Shown: positions 1 through 11,907 of the stretch, piece by piece | Layout of the letters: each line of letters starts with the position of its first letter | Numbering within the stretch: the first letter of the stretch is position 1 | The notes under the pieces: model-generated | What the model saw: the letters and a program-made list of their open reading frames with translations, nothing else | The model's database searches: none | What the model was told of the DNA's origin: nothing | Program-made: the position numbers and the translations under genes | Source of the DNA: Octopus bimaculoides | Taxonomy: Eukaryota | Reading direction: 5' to 3' | Assembly (NCBI RefSeq): GCF_001194135.2 | Contig: NC_068985.1 | Location: 66,021,579 to 66,054,262, forward strand | DNA length: 32,684 bases

Positions 1-43
<43 letters not shown>

Positions 44-50
44 TTTTGTG
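1..50. repeat. (TA)n-(TG)n compound microsatellite
   Basis: Directly visible dinucleotide runs. Confidence 0.95.
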
Positions 51-56
51 TATATA

Positions 57-199
57 CACTAGCGTTGCTTATGGGGGTGGTGCTTTTAAAGGGGAAGCAC
101 TTTTGGGTCTGCAGTAGGCAATGTGTGATTTTTTGTGGGATCCGGGGGCGGCAAACGGAAGGGCCGCCCCCGGTGGCACAGACCCTATGTACGCTAGTG
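57..199. mobile_element. Short MITE, probably hAT-type
   Basis: Terminal inverted repeat CACTAGCGT (57-65) / ACGCTAGTG (191-199). Internal perfect 11-bp GC hairpin CCGGGGGCGGC (142-152) / GCCGCCCCCGG (163-173). No 8-bp TSD visible. Confidence 0.55.
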
Positions 200-214
200 C
201 ACACACGTCTATAT

Positions 215-372
215 ATGTTTGCATATGTGTATGCATGTATATTCGATGGGATTCCGTCAACCATATCTCATAGGGCTTTGGTCGGCCAGGAGTTATAGTA
301 GAAAACACTTGCCCACGGTGCTACGCGGTGAGATTGAACCCGAAAACGTCTTTAGGAAACGAACTTCTTAAC
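215..372 (-). mobile_element. tRNA-derived SINE, 5' portion (Octopus-type family A)
   Basis: GGTCGGCCAGGAGTTATAGTAGAAAACACTTGCCCACGGTGCTACGCGGTGAGATTGAACCCG resembles the reverse complement of the head of a common octopus SINE as I recall it. On the minus strand GGGTTCAATCTC is B-box-like. Confidence 0.75.
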
Positions 373-779
373 CCTATCAATGCTTGCACAGTAGACACAT
401 TCGCATTTATAATAAAGAAATGGAGCACGATCATTATATTACCTTATAAAACAAGTGTTAAGAAACGTTAAAAAGAAAGAGACACGATGGTGGTAGACGC
501 AGAAGACCGAAAGGCTCAGCCTCTCACCAGACTTGAAAATGAACGGAAGTTACAGTGGTTTCGTCTAAATCATTAAATTCTAGTTCGCACTAAATGTAAT
601 TATGACAACGACTACTATGGCAAGGAGATGGCGGTAATAACAAAGAAGGTAGTTTAGTTACAATGGATAATGTACTAAGAAATTAAATACACAAATCAAC
701 CTTTCTTATTTGAAGTCGTTTAACTCCAAATCTAAATGCAACGAACACACAATTACTATCCATTGTATTTTCACTCTTT

Positions 780-1600
780 CGATTGATTATTTTATAATTA
801 CCTTTTGCTTTTTGCCTCGGCCAGCTTTCCCGCGGAGATTGTAATTTCTATATTTTCTTTCCAACGGTTCTGTCTGTTCGTCTTTCCCTCGGATTTTTTT
901 TCCTATTATTTTACTTTCACTCTCTAGCGCAATGTCTTATGCATATATATTATTTTTTTCTGTATGGGTAAGAGTTGCATTTGTTTATTTTTTCCCACCT
1001 CCTACGTTCTCGCTCATTAATTAAAATATTTTTCTCGTTTATAATTCAGCGTATATGCATATTTTAATATATAAATATATATGAATGTGCGCGTGTTAAC
1101 AATTTCACTAAACTAATAATATATTTCGGCTCTATTCTCTTTTCACTCTCTCTCTCTCTCCCCCTCTCTCACTCGCTACTCCCTCCCGTGTATATCTTAT
1201 GAATTCCTGTTTTTCTTCCTCGCCTCATCTATTTATCTTTCTTTCATTCTAGTGAGAAAGAGAATGACAACGACAAAAGAAAATGAAAAAAGAATTGTCT
1301 TGAAATAAACGTACAATGTTTGTGTTTAATATATACATATCTTGTAAACACTGTTTTTCCTTCCACTTTTACTCACACTTCTCCTCTTCCGGCTGCTTGC
1401 AGTTATCAACGTCCAGGCAGGCAGTGGCAGTCAATGCATCCAAGCTAACAGGCGGCGATTCTTTCTTTATGTGCTCTTTCACAGTCCCAATCGACTCACC
1501 TCATATCATCTCTGATGATGTATGTCATGACTCAGCAACTAGCTTATCTTACAATGAAAATATCTGGCTGAAAACTTGCAACCGTTAAAGATCGTTCCTC
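780..1600. promoter_or_regulatory. Possible promoter / 5' exon region of a host gene
   Basis: Non-repeat, CpG-retaining sequence with a (CT)n tract at ~1145-1175. Two GTGAGT donor matches on the minus strand (GAG|GTGAGT with intron starting at 1499; AGT|GTGAGT at 1376). No recognisable protein. Confidence 0.25.
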
Positions 1601-2409
1601 TCATTAACTAATCATATGTTATGGTGATGCATGATAAATGCTTTACAAGAATAACGAGCGAACGAATTTTGCCTATTGTTGTTAAGCTGCAGTTAATAAA
1701 CAACAGTAAACAAATATGTTACACGAGACAATAAAGGAGTCCGAAAGACCTGCCAGAAATAGTAACCAAATCGCCCTCGAATCACACAAATGTGTTTAAA
1801 AAAGAACACATAATGTAGTTCTGTTCTTTTCTGTTAATTATGTAAGATTGCTATTTGTATTTATGCAATAAACGCAACGGTCTCTAATTCGTTGCAAATG
1901 TAAGATCTTGACTGACAACACAAATATACAAATGTATACCTCTTCTGTCGAAAACTTATTTCAGGGAAGTAAATTGGAGTAGCAGTTTAAGGTTTGCAGT
2001 ATATTGGTTTATGGTAACTTATGGTTTGCAGTATATTATGAATGGAAAACATTGAACAGCAACACGAGGAAACATTTTGGAATATGTATGAGAAAGCAAT
2101 ATAAGTTATAAAAAATTATGAAAATATTGATACACTGCAAAAAAGAAACCACTGTGAAGCATAGACTCAGGTGAAATTCCTCTCTCCCATTTATTGTATA
2201 TACGTGCATTTGAACGTAGCAGGGAACAACTAGCCTTTGGCCACTATTTGTATCCTGTTGTATCCACTACTCTGGTTGGTATTGGCGCAATTTGTCTTTT
2301 ACTTGATTACACCAACTTGCCGTGTATAACCAATCGGAGGCTTTAAAAAGGATTACATAGGACAGCCTGTTTACTACCCTGTTTGAATCTACAGTTCCTT
2401 ATAAAAACT

Positions 2410-2935
2410 CAGCTTTTCGTCATTCTGAGGTCTTTGATTCCAGACCTTTTTAGGTCTAGCCACTGACCACAAAGACACAGGCATTTAGGGCGACAGCACC
2501 AAATGACACCACCACTACCACAGCAGCTACGTTGAGACTTACCAACTTCGTGCAACAGCATTACGGCAACCTCTTTCATCGCCACCATCAAATGTCGTCA
2601 ACATCATCTCTCTATATACACAGCTCAGTTCACTGTCTGAATTATTTCACTACGAATCAACAGTGAATATACAACCTGCATGAACTCCTGTATCAAGTGA
2701 CCCAGGCAGTAGCATCATAGTCATGACGTCACGTATGACATGTACCTGTAACTGACTCAGCATCATGGCTGCGACTTCTGGATAGAGTATTTCAACTATT
2801 GTGCATGACTGACTATGAACTGATATTATCTTTTTTGTGCCTATGAGCTTACTTCTCACTTCGATGGTTATAGACTCTGTCACTGTCTTCTTAGTGCCAT
2901 CCTTAAATGTACTTAACACACGTGCATACATCTAT
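2410..2935 (-). pseudogene. Highly decayed gag/ORF1-like relic, possibly a distant relative of the array ORF1
   Basis: ORF 2650-2931 (ARVLST...TIVEILYPEVAA...MLLPG) loosely parallels array ORF1 (YRTLST...TVEVRFASEQEA...VLLPIY). Downstream RPKCLCLCGQWLDLKRS resembles a broken zinc knuckle at the expected position. Confidence 0.3.
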
Positions 2936-3099
2936 GCCTACACACACATACACTTTGTTCTCATGATGGCCTGTCTATTATTCTGTATACATGATGCACA
3001 CATGGACACACATGTTACTACATCAATGAATGTTCTCTTAACCATTCTATGCAGTTGAGTCACTTTTCCCTCTGGCACTTATTTGTACCATTTTGTTTC

Positions 3100-5023
3100 T
3101 CTTTATTGTAAGGGCTGTGTGATGTAGTACAAAAGACCCATTCTTGTCATTTCACATCACACAGTCCCGTACAACTGTATTTGACATTTTTTGATATGGA
3201 GAAAACCTTTGACATGGTTCCTCAGTCCTTCATCTTGTGGTTGCTGCAGAAGCTAGGGATAGGTGAGTGGCTGGTGAAAACCATTGAAGCAGCGTACTGG
3301 GATACTGTCAGTAAGGTAGAAATTGGCAATGAGTATAGNNNNNNNNNNCAATGAGTATAGCTCCCTCCTGTTTATCATAGTTCTCTAGGCCTTAACAGAA
3401 GAATTTAAGACTGGTTGCCCTTGGGAGCTCCTCTATGCTGATGACTTTGTTATAGGTGAATCTCTACTAGAATCAGTGAAGAAATTTCAGGTAGCAAGGA
3501 CTGGAACCAAAGGGCCTTAGAGTTGATTTAGCGAAGATTAAATTATTAGTAAGCTGGAAAGCAGAAAAATAACTAATCCCTTTATGGAAATGGCCCTGCT
3601 CAACATGTAGAAAAGGTGTAGGTAGAATTTCATATGGTGTACCCAGTGCAAGCTATAGACACATAAGAGATGCAGTGGAATCACAGGAAAGCTCACAGAT
3701 AGAGTGGTTTTTGTGTGTGGTAAGTGTGTAGGTTCAATAAACACTTAGAATGTACAGGAAGTAGACTTCCTCAAATGTCTGAGAGATCCTTAGATGTAGT
3801 ACATTTCATCCATTACCTAGGTGACTAAATTAGCAGTGGAAGAGGATGCTCTGAAAGCATAGTTACTAGAATAAGAACTGACTAGGCAAAGTTAAGAGAG
3901 CTACTACCTTTGTTGGTAACAAAGGCCTCTCTCTCAGAGTGAAAAGCACATTGTATGATGCCTGTGTTTGGACAGCTGTGCTGCATGGCAGTGAAACATG
4001 AGCTGTGCCTGTAGAAGACATGTGAAGGCTTGAAAGAAATGTTTCCAGTATGCTCTGCTGGAAGTGTAATGTCAGTGTGCAGGTATGATAAAATGTGTTT
4101 AAGAGAAGAACTGGGTGTAAGAGACATTAAGAAAGAAGACTGTGCTGGTATGGTGATGTATGCAGGTAGATGAGGACAGCTGCATAAGAAGTGCCAATAT
4201 ATGAATGGAGAGGGTACCTCTTGAAGAGAAAGCTCAAGGAAGTCGTAGAAAAAAGTGGTGAGGAATGATCTTCAGATGTTAAAACTCAGATGAGATGACA
4301 AAGGACTCAGGCAATTGGTGATTTACTGTGCTGGAGAAGATCCACGCAGCTAAGTAAAATTGAGGCCATAAAGGCATGTCCTTTATGTCCATGCCCCCCC
4401 CTTTCACACAAACCTTCTTTGCAACTCATCTTCCCAATGCTCCCTCCCTTCCCACTACTCATGCTCATCAGTTGCTGCATTCCTCCCACTCTTCTTCATG
4501 TACCTACCAGCATAATATGTCCCTGTTGAATCTTTTCCCCACAACACATCCTCCCAATATCCTCTCCCTCTACCTGTGCCAACTCATTACTTCAACTGCG
4601 ACTCTTCTTTAGCAATCTTGTGAATTCACCCACTCACCCTCTCCAATCCCCAGCCTGTTCACTGTCAACACTATCTTCTCTCTCTCACCCTCCCCTCTCC
4701 CCTCTCTCTTGACCTGAGGCAGCTACATTTTCTCTCTAATGCAAGACTCCTTTTTCTGTCATTCAATACTACCTTTCCTCCTTCAGTTGAGGGAGTCTTG
4801 TCTTATAAGTTACTTGGTGACCTCACTGCTGCCGGTGCCATGTAAAAAGCTGTGGGTGCCAGTATGCTCTGTAAAGTGGTTGGCATTAGGAGGGGCATCT
4901 AGTTGTAGAAACCCTGCCAAACCAGACAGCAGGGATTTGTGCAGTTTTCTGACTTTCCATTTCTTGTAGAACTATCCAATCCATGACAGGATGGAAAATG
5001 GATGTTTAATGATGATGGTGATA
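3100..5023 (+). mobile_element. RTE-like LINE, 5'-truncated: RT fragment plus 3' UTR
   Basis: Translates to FFDMEKTFDMVP..LQKLGIGEWLVK and CPWELLYADDF (RT motifs), with many stops. Followed by a pyrimidine-rich stretch (~4380-4740) and a 3' end GGAAAATGGATGTTTAATGATGATGGTGAT with an (ATG)n-like tail. Confidence 0.85.
3339..3348. other. Assembly gap flanked by a duplicated 12-mer
   Basis: CAATGAGTATAG lies on both sides of the N run, consistent with a contig-overlap artefact. Confidence 0.85.
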
Positions 5024-5029
5024 ATATAA

Positions 5030-5450
5030 GATCCCTTACTTCCTCTTGGATGGATTCTGGGAGATCATCTGGGTATTTGTCCAATAATTTTAAATATACA
5101 AGATAGAGATTCTTTTCTGTCATGCTTTGAAGATCTGTTTCTGTCATGCTACAGAACATAGAACAATGTACTGTGCTTGAAACATCAAACAACATTGATG
5201 TTCCAGCAATCACAGAATCAATGGCAATTAAGGTGTTTCATTTGAATTAGATTCAGGTTCAACAGAGCTATCACAAAGATTTTCTTAGATGTTCTTCTCT
5301 GGGAGATGGAAGTTCAATTTTCTTTTACTCAGCATTCAGGGTCACCTCAAATAAAACTTGTGACCATATTCTGTATAGATCTTCCAAGATTGTTCAAGGG
5401 TGACTCTAAATTTGAACCCCCCTCATTCACTGGTAAAGCATTGCTTTAAG
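5030..5450 (-). mobile_element. hAT transposase relic, C-terminal part (ZMYM1-like hAT family)
   Basis: Minus-strand IDSVIAGTSMLF...SMTETDLQS...KLLDKYPDDLPESIQEEV resembles the region preceding the hAT dimerisation domain. Confidence 0.55.
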
Positions 5451-5477
5451 CTGAGTGACCAGATCAAATGTTGAGTA

Positions 5478-5935
5478 GAAGAAAGTTGAATATTTTATTT
5501 ATCTGGAAGTGATCTCATCCACTGAAAAAGATGTATCAATCTGCATAGCAAAATCATGAAGTGCACTGAGCAAATTAAGAATGATTTGGAAGTATACACT
5601 GCCTGACTACTTGAAAAGGAATTCTTCAGAGCCATAGCAGAATAAGTTCTTTACAGTTCATCAGTGAGGACTCTGACAAAAAAGATAAAAAGCAAGCTTA
5701 ATGGGATCTATGCACATATGTTGCATGCTGTTCTCACAAAATCATGGAAACCACATCCAGCAAAAGAAGAGCTTTATGAAAATGTCTCCAACATATCATC
5801 AATCATTTGAGAGTGGAGGGTAAGATATGCTGGCCACTGCTATTGAAGCAAAGCTGAATTGGTGAGTGAGCTCCTTTTGTGGATTCTGAGCCAAGGGAAT
5901 TCTCATATGAGATGACTCAGAATGGCATATATTAA
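5478..5935 (+). mobile_element. LINE ORF2 C-terminal fragment (RTE-related)
   Basis: VEYFIYLEVISSTEKDVSICIAKS*SALSKLRMIWKYTLPDYLKRN, then decayed remnants of RML.AVL.KSW..HP.K..LY and RYAGHC motifs typical of the post-RT region. Confidence 0.75.
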
Positions 5936-6092
5936 TCAACTCTCTCATGATGTCTAGTTACGACTAGAAAACCTTTTGGTTCAGGTAACCTGTGTGAAAT
6001 TATAAAGATGGATAGTTAGGTTGAGAGATAGACAGATGTTTGTGTGTGTAAATTTTAATATATATGTGTTTATGTGTGTTTATATATATATT

Positions 6093-7326
6093 TGAGAGGG
6101 TACCCAAAAGTAACTGGAAACATTCTCTGTAGAGCAGGCCAGTTGCAGTTAAAACTTCTGCTGCTAGAAGCCTCTTGATGTGACTATCATGCATCAGTTT
6201 CCTGATCAGTATTGTCAAATAAAGTCATACTGCCACATGGTGCATCATTGTTTTGCAGTGCTTCTCCCCTCTTTGTTGATTTTTGCGATGGCTGAAATGG
6301 AGGAACAATATGTTTCTGTGAAGTTCTGCTTTCTGCTGGGGAAATTGGTAGCCAAAACAGTTGTCATGCTTCAAACAGCTTACAAGGAAACTGCCATGAG
6401 CAAAACACAAGTTTATGAGTGGTTTTCACACTAGGAATGGTCACTTTTTGTTTGAAGACCAGCCTCCATTAACCATTGCCCTCCCAAATGAATGAAAACA
6501 TCATGAACTGATCTTAGAAGATTATCGCTGAATAATTGATGAACTTGTTGATATGACTGGTGTGTCCTGGAGCTCCTGCCAACAAATTTTAAGTAAGGAA
6601 TTGCTAATGGAAAGAGTTGCAGTAAAATTTGTGCTCATGGAAGATCAAAGCAGTCATGATTAAATGCATGTCATGAACTGAAAGAACATTTGGAAGTTGA
6701 TCCAGACCTTTTTTTGAAGGTCATCACTGCTGATGAAAGCTGGTGCTACAGCTACGACCTGGAAATGAAACAGCAATCAAGTCAATAGAAGCCCTTCAAA
6801 AGTGTGTTGAGTGAAGTCCAATGTGAAGACAATGCTGATTTATTTCATTGATGCAAATGGAATTGTCCATACAGAATTTGTTCCTCCTGGTTGAAGCATT
6901 TGTGAGATGCAGTGAGATGAAAACACCCTGGTCTGTTGTAAAGAGGAGAGTGGTGGTTTCATCATGACAATGTGTCTGCACACACTACCTTGAGTGTGAG
7001 ACAGTTTTTGACCAAAAATGACACAACCTCACTTACCACCCTCCCTATTCACCAAATTCCGTTCCCTGTGACTTGTTTTTTGTTCCTCTGAATGAAAAAA
7101 GTCCTTAAAGGAAAACGTTTTGCAAATGTGGAAGAGGTGAAGAAAAAAAAATGATGGAGGCATTTGAAGGCATCACTTTGCAAGAGTTCCAGGAGTGGAA
7201 AATTCATCTGGACCAATGCATTGCTTCAAATGGAGAGTACTTTGAAGGCAATAAAAATGTAAACATGTAAAAGTAAGTGAATAAAATAATATTGCAAAAT
7301 TCTGCTTTCTTTTGGGTACCCCCTCA
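6093..7326 (+). mobile_element. Mariner transposon 1, decayed (irritans/Hsmar2-like)
   Basis: TIRs GAGAGGGTACCCAAAAG / CTTTTGGGTACCCCCTC. Transposase pieces MAEMEEQYVSVKFCFLLGK...VYEWF, ITADESWCYSYD, HHDNVSAH and PYSPNSVPCDLFL; multiple stops and frameshifts. Confidence 0.92.
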
Positions 7327-7329
7327 AAC

Positions 7330-7870
7330 CTTCCATCCCACCTAAAACAGCAGATACACTCACTGTTGCATCTCATTTCTGGATGATCTAATTTTTGCTG
7401 AAGGATGACATGTATATAATTATGTCACTGACTTTGTTAAAGACTTTTAGTGTGAGTTTCAGAGAAAGAAGTGTTTTATTGCAAGTCATTGTAGCAGAGC
7501 TTATATTTGAATCTGCATCAGCTTAGTCATGAAAAATAGACCACAGAATATCAGGTGAGATGCCCTGGATTTTGATCATTAGTATTTCAGCTGCAATCAT
7601 ACAATTGATGAAATTTTCCAGGGTTTCCTATCAAAATTTACGGCCATGCTATAGATTAAGATTAATGCCAAGCTGTTGTGGGCAGAGGGACAAGATAAAA
7701 GGTTGAGATGTCCTGGAGAAAACAGGCAAACAGGATTCTTGGTCAGCTACTCGACCTTAGGTTAAAAAGCATTACTTTATCTACATTGAGTACAATATTC
7801 TCACTTCTCCAAGCACTAACACAGGGCATTCTCAATTCTCACCTTCTGCCACACATAAAGATTCTTAGCC
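7330..7870 (-). mobile_element. Decayed LINE AP-endonuclease fragment
   Basis: Minus-strand pieces SAWRSEN and IAAEILMIKIQG, plus a decayed GDFNAK-like segment, occur in the order expected for the APE domain of RTE-like LINEs. Confidence 0.4.
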
Positions 7871-8059
7871 AACATATATACACAATTTACTACTGATGAT
7901 CAAAGCTATACAACCCCTGGCAAATAACTATTATAATGTAATAATGGTTATGTATAAATAATGTAATAATCATTGTAATGGTTATGTATAAATAAATGAT
8001 TTCCTTGAAATCTTCAAGTGGACTTGGCAGCCAAAATCAGCCTAACTAATTATTCAACA

Positions 8060-9060
8060 TCCATTTAATCAAACCTCTACATCATATTCCAACATGATAC
8101 TAGCAGATAATTTCATGCTTGACAGTCAGTCAGTCCTGCAAGTATCTGATAAAGTGTTGATGGATTCACTTACATGCTCCTGTTGAAGAATAGGCTAATG
8201 CTGGGGTTTGGAAAAAAACAAAATGTAAACTGTTTGCACTTACTCAAAAGCTGTAACTGACTCTGCAACACACTATAGAATCTATTCCATGGAAGTTTAG
8301 AGAATGACTGGCTCATGGAGAATAACTGCACATTTGATTGGGTACTATTGTATTTGCCAGACATGTTGGCAGCATCATTATTATTAAGTTCACAACAATC
8401 TTTAATAGACATCCCAAAATGCTTGTGAATCTCCATTAAGTGTTCTATTTCAAAAATCAACAGAAATTAAAGAATATTATTGAACAGCAAATTCATGGGC
8501 ATCATTGGCTAAATAATAGATGGTGAACATTATCATGATGGGATTGTAATGGGCCAGTAGTTACATGATACCCAAGAATTTCCAAATGGATGTTGCAAAT
8601 TTGCTGGGTTGAGTTTCAGAAAGTCTTCTTTGCTTAAAAAAAAGTTGTTGAATTTTCTTTTAAATATATTTCACCATTTCTCATTCTTACTTATGATTCC
8701 TTATTAAGACATCACATCAATCTTAATATCACTTTCTACACTCTTCTGCAATTTATGCTGTGCTAGTTGAAAGTTCTTATGTACTCTACTGTTTCCATCA
8801 TAAGCCTTTCTCCTTTCCTATGTTTTTACCCTAGCTTTCTGTGGATACCATGATTGAATATGGTAAGCAATACAAGAATGCCTTCCAGAATTGAATACAA
8901 GCCAAAATAATAGCTTTCACTTTTACTATTTGGTTGTTCTAGTAAAAGCATTTTTAGAAGGCGTTTGGGAAAAATATCTCATAAAAATCTCCAAATCCTA
9001 CAAACCCACTTACTATTTCAATGGGATTTTGATTTGAATGTTGGATAAAAAGAGCTCTGA
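8060..9060 (-). mobile_element. hAT transposase relic, N-terminal and central part
   Basis: ORF 8170-8460 contains GMSIKDCCELNNNDAANMSGKYNSTQS, matching the conserved hAT motif GI.I..CRGQ.YDNAANMSGKY.GVQ. Upstream are TTF-zinc-finger-like remnants (WLVFNSGRHSC). Confidence 0.8.
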
Positions 9061-9504
9061 ACCTTTGAAGTTTCACTTATCCTGTTCATATTTTCCAACT
9101 ACATGTGAGGATGCATTGTTAATATTGATGTAATAGGTAATTATGTATTTTCATTTTAAAATGCACAAAACATTGGCCGTGACACTACACAAAAAGTAAA
9201 ACAAGTTATGCAAAATACAAATTCTTGGGGCTTTACTGGGTTTGGGGATTTGTGTTGTTGGTGTTAATCCTGATTTTTATTATATATAAATAATTATAGT
9301 GATTTAATATTTTATCCTTAAAAAATTATAAATCTAACAGGATAAACGAATATTCAAAAGTTATCCAAAAGTATCCAATATCAATTCTACTGTGAAAATG
9401 TGAAAGCAAAAAAATATACTTTTAAAACATCTACAAATAAGTATTATTAGCATTTATTAATTTATTCCTTATCATTTCTGTTGTATATTATGAAAATAAA
9501 TATA

Positions 9505-10809
9505 TTGGATTGGCAACTAAGTTCCTGCCGTTTTTTTAAATTTTGGAATTTATTGTGTTTTTAAATTTTGGAATCTAATTTTTTCGAGAATTCTATTTTG
9601 GAATCTATTTTTTTCTTTTTCTAGTTAATTTTAATTAATTTTTGTTTATTTTCAGATCATTAAAATGGAATGTCAAGTTAAGAAAAATGAGCATTTTCGA
9701 CACCTCCTTCTTTTTGCTTTTTAATCAAGGTTCTAAGACTGCAAAAGCTGCTCGTGACATTTGTGCTGTGTATGGAGAGGGTACCATAGCTGAAAGAACC
9801 GCTCGTGATTGGTATGCCAAGTTCAGAAATGGAAATTTTGACCTCAAAGACACACCTAGTTCTGGCTGTCCAGTTGAGTTTGATGAAGAGCAATGAAACC
9901 AACTTTTGCACGAAAATTCTTGACAAACAACAAGGGAACTGACAGAGAAAAGGGAATGCTCCCATACTGCTATAGAGAAGCATCTTCACTCGATGGGAAA
10001 GGTTCACAAGTATGGAGCATGGGTTCCGCATGCTTTAAGTGACAACAACAAAAATCAATGAGCCACAATCTCCGCTGGTTTGCTTGCTTGTCACCACTCA
10101 ACTTGTGGACACAAGCAACCATTTCTTTACTGAATCGTAACTGGTGATGAAAAATGGTGCCCATACATCAATATGAAGCAGTGTAAGGAATGGCTTAGCC
10201 CCAGTAAACAAGCGACACCGCCCCAGTAAACAAGCGACACCGCACATGAAACAAGATCTTCATCCGCGTAAAATGATGTGTGTATGATGGGACTGGGAAG
10301 GGATTATCCATTACAAATTGCTTGAATGGAACCAAACGGTCAATGTGGAACTCTATGTTCAACAGATGGAACAACTCAACATGGCTATTCAAGAGAAAAG
10401 ACCTAATCGATAGCATGGAGTTCTTCTGCTGCATGACAATGCCCGCCCTCATATCGCCAATATGACCAAGGAAGCCATTCAAACGCATGGCTGGGAAGTG
10501 CTGCCACACCTGCCATACTCTCCTGATTTGGCATCAACAAATTTCCACCTCTTTCGATCTCTTTCAGAGGCTATGCATGAAGTTTCGTTCATTACTATTG
10601 CAGAATTGAGAGCTTGGTTGGATCAATTTTTCGAGTCGAAATCGGGTGATTTCTACCAACGAGATATTGAAAATCTTGTTGAACGTTGGGAAGAAGTTGT
10701 AAACAACAAGGGTGAATACATTATTATTTAATTAGTTGTTATTTTTTTTATTAAACCTTTTAAAAAATTAAAATTTAAAAAAACGGTGGGAACTTAGTTG
10801 CCAACCCAA
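9505..10809 (+). mobile_element. Mariner transposon 2, full-length but inactivated (D,D34D)
   Basis: TIR TTGGATTGGCAACTAAGTTCCTGCCGTTTT / AAAACGGTGGGAACTTAGTTGCCAACCCAA with TA on both sides (9503-9504, 10810-10811). Transposase 9665-10731 with WVPHAL, IVTGDEKW, HDNARPH and YSPDLAS; several stops and a 22-bp tandem duplication. Confidence 0.96.
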
Positions 10810-11269
10810 TATATTTCTACTAGTCATATTTTAATTATTAAATCATAGTTTATGTGTTTTAATTGAAAAATTACTGCTTTGCCTCAGTTTGATCAACAAC
10901 CATTAATTAACAATTTGGATGAGTTGCAAATCAACAGGCAATGAAACAAATAATTTATGAAATTTATTGAGTTGAAGTACAAAGCTTTCTTGCTTTAGTT
11001 GCATGTAATTTAAAATGAAACTTTAATTACAAACTTTAATAAAATATTGCAAATAAGTGGTAACAATAAGATATTGCATTATTTAATAAGAAAATTAATT
11101 CTCTTAATATAAAATTTAGCCTTGATGCTCAGCCTAAAACTGATATTATACTAAGAACCACTTGGTTGACCAGGAAAGTTAAAATTTTCACTTTAGAGAT
11201 TATTGCAAGTGTTTTACAGCATTGACTGAAAGCTACATTGCCACTAAGGAAAGATTATGATGGCAATTA

Positions 11270-11900
11270 GTTTAGTACTTAAAAGGATAGAAAACGTCTT
11301 GAGATTTCAGATTCTTGTCCTTCATCAGAAAAAATATATAGGAAGAAAGTGAATGAGAAAAAGTGGTTGGGGAAACTGGTGAGGGGGTTAAGAGCAAGAT
11401 GGGAATGTGGTTCTATGAGGGTAGTTAATAAGGGAGGAGGGATGAGTGTATGTATATGCATATAGGGGTGAGTTGGTGTATTGAGCTAGCCATAGGGAAG
11501 GTGTATGTTGTTTGTAGTGAGGTGTCTGTATGTGTGCAAGTGTGGAAATGAAGTGGCATGGAGTAATTTGTTTGTGGGTGGTTGATGTGCTGGTTGTAAT
11601 TGTGTTGTATTCAAGTAAAAAATGGAAGTGAGGAAGTGGCAGCAGTCATGAGTATGAAGTGAAAAGGAAGACATAAGGAACATGGAGGTATGTGGTAGAA
11701 GATATGTGTGTGCAAGGGTATGGCTATGAGATTCCTTTGTTAAAGAAGTGAGAAATGTAAAGAAAAAAATAGAGACAGAAAAAGTAACAATAGTCTGAAA
11801 AAGGAAATTATTTTTGTGTTTGTTGTGGAAGGATCCTGACCACCCCTACGTAACTGAAAATTGGCTAACACATTCCAATAAAATAAAGAAACTGTATGAA
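11270..11900 (-). mobile_element. Possible 3' end of a Penelope-like element (GIY-YIG tail, pyrimidine-rich UTR, degenerate hammerhead)
   Basis: Minus strand reads ANFQLRRGGQDPSTTNTKIISFF (weakly like a PLE nuclease C-terminus), then a C/T-rich tract, then CTGATGA-AGGACAAGAATCT-GAAA at 11328-11305. Confidence 0.35.
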
Positions 11901-11907
11901 CTCTGGC

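Noticed and set aside
2158-2346. Stop-free + strand frame IDSGEIPLSHLLYIRAF...TNRRL
   Set aside because: No start codon, no convincing acceptor or donor, and no recognisable homology.
5478-7870. Twin-primed (5'-inverted) single LINE insertion
   Set aside because: The inverted APE piece lies downstream of the sense 3' piece, the opposite of twin-priming geometry.
11878-11892. AATAAAGAAA upstream of unit 1 as remnant of an additional unit or target site
   Set aside because: Only 10 A-rich bases match, ~16 nt away from the unit start, with no further homology to the unit 3' end.
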